Origin: Octopus sinensis
Lineage: Eukaryota
Reading direction: 5' to 3'
Assembly (NCBI RefSeq): GCF_006345805.1
Contig: NW_021836251.1
Span: 1-24,954, forward strand
Length of the DNA: 24,954 nt
Part shown: positions 18,834 to 24,954 of the stretch, in pieces
Layout of the letters: each line of letters opens with the position of its first letter
Position numbering within the stretch: the stretch's first letter is position 1
Notes under the pieces: generated by a model
Seen by the model: only the letters and a program-made list of their open reading frames with translations
Databases searched by the model: none
What the model was told of the DNA's origin: nothing
Program-made: the position numbers and the translations under genes

Positions 18834-19578
18834 ATATTTAATCACGTTCGATTAAAATACCTACCGTACCGTCACATTCAACTGCGGTAATAGTTGAATA
18901 ATATTCTTAAGGCCGCAATTTACTCACACGCAGCATCTTTCAGAGCTTGTCGCTGATTCAATTCTCAACCAAATGGGAAACAATTAAAATTTTTGAAGAG
19001 GACTGGTTCCTAGCTACATTTTGGCTTTAAAAAAATTGAGATTTGGTCCAGAAGAAAACAGTTTACATCAAAATTTATAGCAACATTATTGAAGAGTAAG
19101 TAACGCCTCTAATCAAGTTTAGATCTAAATAATTTTTTTATTTTAAAAGAAAAATATATTTATTTATTTTAGCATCAATGACAGAAAAAAGCATGAGGAA
19201 TTTTGTAGTTATGGTCCCATGCAACAAAAAGTTGTGAGGTAAAATATGAAAAAATATATAAATGAGGCAAAAAAATGGATTTAAATGTAATTAAATCTTT
19301 TATTTTAACAACAAACTATATTTTAATCAAGCTTAAATGATAGAGCTCAATTCTCAAGCAATGAAGTTTTATAATAAAAAAGTTATGAGTGATTGCTTCT
19401 CAAATTTGAGGGTGATAATATAATTCTATACTTTTTTATGAATATAGTTCTAGGAGACTTTTAATATATGGCACCGGCATCACTGAGGTAAGAAAAAAAC
19501 TATCAACGACACCGCAAATTGACACATTTGACACACTATTAATTAGCATAATAGCATAGCCTGGAATAGCATGGATTA

Positions 19579-20853
19579 CATGGGAAAATGCGAGCTGGAG
19601 ATATAATATTCTGAAAATTATAAATCTGGAAAAGACAGCACAAGTTATTACACTTGCAAAAGTTCAAGACAATTTATTGCATCAGGTAAAGTACAGAACA
19701 AAGAAAATTTTACTTTAAATATTGCAGCTAAGGATAAAATTTGAATGTTAAAAATTATTTGATTTTAATTTACAAAGTAACATTATAATTAAAAAAGGCT
19801 CCATCATTTTGTTAAAATTACCAAAATTACCAATATAATTAAAGTTTTATGCAAGGTAGAATAGTATATATGGTAGGCAAATTCATTATGTAAAAAGATA
19901 GGCATTGGGCCAAGACTAAAGTTGTGAAGAGTTGCCAATAACTTAGGCAATAACTCAAGCAAATTTTACTGTGAATTTGTTGTTATAGGCAGATTTTACT
20001 GTAATACTCTTTACTCTTTATTCTTTTACTTGTTTCAGTCATTTGACTGTGGCCATGTTGGAGCACCACCAATAGTCGGGCAAATCGACACCAGGACTTA
20101 TTCCTTGTAAGCCTAGTACTTATTCTATCGGTCTCTTTCGCCGAACCGCTAAGTTGCGAGCGCGTAAACACACCAGCATCGGTTGTCAAGCGATGCGGGG
20201 GGGGGGACACAAACACAAACACACAAACACACACACATATAAGCCTTGTGCCAAAATACATACATATATACGACGGGCTTCTTTCAGTTTCCGTCCACCA
20301 AATCCACTCACAAGGCTTTGGTCGGCCCGAAGCTATAGTAGAAGACACTAGCCCAAGGTGCTACGCAGTGGGACCGAACCCACTTGGTAAGTTGGTAAGC
20401 AAGCTACTTACCACACAGCCACTCCTACGCCTATGTCACAAATTTTTGTATTATTCTATTTATTGTACTAATTACGTACTACTATTATTTTTATAACCCA
20501 TTTTCAAATTTGTAATCATTAATTGATAATTAAAAAAATGAATTTTCTTAAAGTGCAAAATATAATTTGAGTTATTTTTAATTTTTAATAGAAGTAACAA
20601 GTAATAACAAATAGAAGTAATAACTTGTAATAAATTTTTTTAGTTTTAATAAAAGCTAATATTTTCTAAATCTAAATATTTTATTTGAAATTTTATCCTT
20701 AGCTGCAATATTTTAAGTAAAAATTTCCTTGTTCTGTACTTTACCTGATGTAATAACTTGTCCTGAACTTTTCCAGGTGTAATAACTTGTACTGTACTCT
20801 TCCAGATTTATAATTTTAAGAATAATATTTCTCTTGCTCGCACTTTTTCCATG
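19579..20853. mobile_element. Non-autonomous TIR element with ~165-bp inverted arms and TA flanks, interrupted by a SINE
   Basis: TA|CATGGGAAAATGCGAGC…GCTCGCACTTTTTCCATG|TA. Arms 19579-19742 and 20688-20853 align by eye at roughly 85%. Repeated ACAAGTTATTACA motifs in the arms. Confidence 0.8.
20005..20432 (-). mobile_element. Family A SINE, full length, nested in the TIR element
   Basis: Reverse complement of the 10035-10440 pattern, from head (aggcgtaggagtggctgtgtggtaagtagc) to tail. Confidence 0.93.
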
Positions 20854-20951
20854 TAATATCTGCGTGTGTGCGCGCGCGCATGCACATATATACATGCATC
20901 AATCCATTAACTCACACATATATATATATATGTATTTATGCATATATATAT

Positions 20952-21323
<372 letters not shown>

Positions 21324-21564
21324 ATATATATACATATATATATATATGTAATTTTGAGACAATTTTAGGAGAAGCAGTTATAACTGCAATTTTATTATAT
21401 TACTACAAAACATCTAATAAGCTGACCTGCCAACTTTTGTTATCCTTCAAGATGTTGTTGACTGTTCAAGTTGTTCCTGTAAAAAAAAAAACATATTAAA
21501 AAAAATCGTCAAATTGTTTCCGAGCATCCAGCATGTGTATTAATATGTATATATATACATAAAA

Positions 21565-21622
21565 ATTCTTATACAAAATAAAATCTAGACATTAAAAGCT
21601 AAACGTATGATATATACATATA

Positions 21623-21653
<31 letters not shown>

Positions 21654-21714
21654 ACGTATATGTATATATCATACGTTTAGCTTTTAATGTCTGGATTTTA
21701 TTTTGTATAAGAAT
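21565..21714. repeat. 58-bp near-perfect inverted repeat around a (TG)n loop
   Basis: 21565-21622 versus 21657-21714: 57/58 complementary, and the single difference is a G-U pair in RNA. Confidence 0.95.
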
Positions 21715-22081
21715 CTTTTCTTCAATTTAACAGTGCACATTATGCGTGCGAACGCACTATACACTGTGACACACGATAAATATGTTAATGTGTGTGTGTA
21801 TGTGTGTGTGCATGTGTGTGCATGTGTGTGCCTGTTCGACGTAGTCACTCTATCTGCTAGATATAGCAGCCAGATATCCCTGAAATTGCATTCCGCTGTT
21901 TGTTTAATTTTTAAAAAACACAATAGATAAGATTTTCTCGATAACCCCAAAATTCAAGAGGGTCCCGACACAAATGGAACGCCTCTTATAAGACTAATCG
22001 TTAATAAAAACACTATTATTTATAATTGTTTCTAATTTAGGCAAAAATGCTATCAATTTTGAGAGGAGGAATTTATCAATT

Positions 22082-22210
22082 AAACAGACCCCAGAACAAA
22101 AACTGGTATTTTATTAACTCCGAAAGAATTGAAAGGAAGGGTAACCTCGGTGGCATTTGAACGAGCCGGAAAAATCGAAGACATTTTCTCCGACACTTAA
22201 CGATTCTGTC
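22082..22210 (-). mobile_element. Old family C SINE remnant
   Basis: ctggtattttattaactccgaaagaattgaaagg…acctcggtggcatttgaac…ttaacgattctg. Confidence 0.6.
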
Positions 22211-22907
22211 ATACACAAAGCTTGTACACACAGACCGCAGTTTTTTGTATACACACGTGCACTGCACACGTAGCGCTCTTTAAATATACTTCAGCAAACG
22301 TTATATAGTGTTACATACACACCTGACTGCTCTTTTTATACACTCACTCTTGAACGAGGAAACGTTTTAATGTCAAGTATAATAAAAAGGGAAAAGAAAA
22401 TACAGACAAGTAAAAATAAAGAGAAATAAAATCAAAGTCAATAATAAAAGGGAAAGCAAATTCCCGCCCAATGTGTGCAGACGACACGATTGATAGAAGC
22501 AAGGCGTTAACTAGCAGCCGACAGTTCGTTCATTCATATATTTTCTCCTCTCTTATACACTCACACTACCACAAGGGAAAGTCATTTTTACTTTACCTTC
22601 TCCTTCTTTCTCTCTACTACTCTTTTTTCCTATCCCCGTGCCCCAGTCTCTTTCGTGTATATATGTATGTATATGTGTGTGTGTGCGTATGTAGGCACGT
22701 GTGTGTCTACACGAATATATATAGTACATATATATAGTGTGCTTTTTGTAACTCTAAGGGCCTTTGACTATTGTTTCTAGCAATGTAGATGCTATCCTGC
22801 ACTTTCTGTCACTATCAGTGACAATTGTTTTTTTTCTTTTTTGGGTTTATATTGCGTCTAGCCACCTTCGTTTATATATATATATATATATACATACATA
22901 TATATAT

Positions 22908-23135
22908 CTCTTTTACTTGTTTCAGTCATTTGACTGCGGCCATGCTGGAGCACCGCCTTTAATCGAGCAACTGGACCCCGGGACTTATTCTTTTGTAAGC
23001 CCAGTACTTATTCTATCGGTCTCTTTTGCCGAACCGCTAAGTGACGGGGACATAAACACACCAACATCGGTTGTCAAGCAATGCTAGGGGGACAGACACA
23101 GACACAGACACACAAACACACACCCCATATATATA

Positions 23136-23176
<41 letters not shown>

Positions 23177-23250
23177 TACGACAGGCTTCTTTCAGTTCCG
23201 TCTACCAAATCCACTCACAAGGCTTTGGTCGGCCCCAGGCTATAGTAGAA
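22908..23250 (-). mobile_element. Family A SINE, 5'-truncated
   Basis: Tail tttcagtcatttgactgcggccatgctggagcaccgcc through body ccaaatccactcacaaggctttggtcggcc…ctatagtagaa. Confidence 0.92.
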
Positions 23251-23689
23251 CTCTGTCTGTTTTTTATGTTTTATTTATATTCTTTATAATATTAATGTAG
23301 AATATAGAATATATAGTATATATAGTATATATAGTATAAAATGAAATGAAGTATTGATTGTCTTATTGAATAGATGAAATATTGAATATCAAATATTAAG
23401 GGACTAGTATACTTTCTTGCATTTAAGCAGTCTTCAAAGTCCCAGGTTGTGACAGGAGATTCTCCCAAGGTGAAATACAATTGCGGTTAACGTTCAAATC
23501 CACAGGAACTTAAGAATTAATTTGTTCATCATCGTTTTGATCCTGTCTCTTCTCCGTGCTAATGATTATAATGGATTATATATACATATAAACATGCATA
23601 TGCGCGCGCGCGCGCGTGTGTGTGTGTATGTAAGTGCGTGCGTTCGTTCGTGTACCTGTGTGCGTGTGCGCCGCGGACAAATACATGTA

Positions 23690-24228
23690 TACATACATAA
23701 TACATACATACATACATAATGCATATATGCATGCACGCATACATATATACATACATACATACATACATACATACATGCATGCATACATACATACATACAT
23801 ACATACATGCATACATACATACATACATGCATACATACATACATGCATACATACGTACGTACGTACGTACGTACATACATACATACATACACACATACAT
23901 ACATACATACATACATACATACATACATACACACATGCATACATACATACATACACACATGCATGCATACATACATACATACATACATACATACATACAT
24001 ACATACACACATACGTACATACATACGTACATACATAATACATACATACATACATACATACATACATACATACATGCATACATTCATACATACATACATA
24101 CATACATACATACATACATAAGTACATACATACGTACATACATACATACATACATACATACGTACATACGTACATACGTACATACGTACATACATACATA
24201 CATACATACATGCGTACGTACGTACGTT
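23690..24228. repeat. ~0.54-kb (TACA)n array with TGCA/TACG variants
   Basis: Read directly. Confidence 0.97.
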
Positions 24229-24354
24229 CATATGTACTTAATTGTGAGTTGGTCTCATCTGTTTCGTCACATTTTTTTTGTATTTTTGTTGAGGTGGATG
24301 AGTGGTTCAACGTTCGCTTCTCATTTTTTCTTTATGACTTTCACTATTTCATTA

Positions 24355-24780
24355 TGTCCGTCTCTACCTCCCTCTCTCTGTCTATCTGTCTCTCTCTCTC
24401 TCTCTCTCTCTCACATCCACTTTCTCTCTCTCTCTTTTTCGCTCTCTCTCCCCCTCTCTCTCGCCCTTTTTCCCCTCCCCCTTATGCCACAAACTTTCAT
24501 CAAGCCATCTTTATTTTCCCCCGTCCCACATTCATTCACTTTCTCTCAACATCCCATTCTCTCTTTCTCATTACTAAATATCCCACCCCCGCTACCACCA
24601 CCACCACCACCTCCACCACTCTCAGTTTCTTACTTAATATTTCTCCTTCCTCTACCACTCTTCCTTTTCTTCTCTCTCTATCCTTCACTCCCCTCTCACT
24701 CCCTCTCTCTTCCTCTCTCTCATCACTCGAAATACCGTCTCACTTCTTTTAAACTCTTCCATACTTTCCTTCTTTCATTG
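24355..24780. repeat. Polypyrimidine (CT-rich) low-complexity tract
   Basis: (CT)n, (CCA)n and mixed C/T runs read directly. Confidence 0.9.
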
Positions 24781-24804
24781 TGAATTTGTCTTCATTAATT
24801 GCCG

Positions 24805-24910
24805 AGTCCCCAGTTTCCTTCAGATCACTCCCACATCGGCTTACAAAAGATAAGAGCAGAGCAGATACGGGATGGTCACGGCTGGAATACTTTTGAATAC
24901 AGTCTAGTTC
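24805..24910 (+). mobile_element. Probable diverged SINE 3'-region fragment
   Basis: acgggatggtcacggctggaatac…ttga resembles an octopus SINE tail recalled from memory; a possibly related piece lies at about 21845-21900. Confidence 0.4.
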
Positions 24911-24954
24911 AATCACAGTCGGCACTGTCGCAATTGTGCTTCTCAACCACTCGC

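Noticed and set aside
24823-24954. Open frame after a long pyrimidine tract running off the window end
   Set aside because: Sequence resembles a SINE 3' region; the open frame is short and unrecognised.

Overview
Eukaryotic, AT-rich, repeat-saturated non-coding DNA (intergenic or deep intronic). The SINE families and microsatellite load are ones I recognise from memory as Octopus-like; that is inference, not a database result. No intact host gene is supported, and nearly all entries in the ORF track are translations of microsatellites. The window holds three tRNA-derived SINE families plus a fourth SINE with a hammerhead-like tail, an RTE and a CR1/L2-group LINE remnant, three Tc1/mariner remnants, and a three-level nest of DNA transposons (Kolobok-like > hAT MITE > DD41D mariner). 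It also contains several long fold-back structures. The most interesting signal is a set of short elements whose 3' ends abut (TA)n tracts and that carry hammerhead-ribozyme (HHR) motifs. One of these (12575-12643, +) has a canonical type I core with a palindromic stem III and lies inside a 314-bp fold-back element with 84/85-bp inverted arms. Five degenerate or variant HHR motifs occur at 4304, 7634, 13346, 14794 and 18734. This points to Penelope-like pLTR or retrozyme-type non-autonomous elements associated with TA microsatellites.
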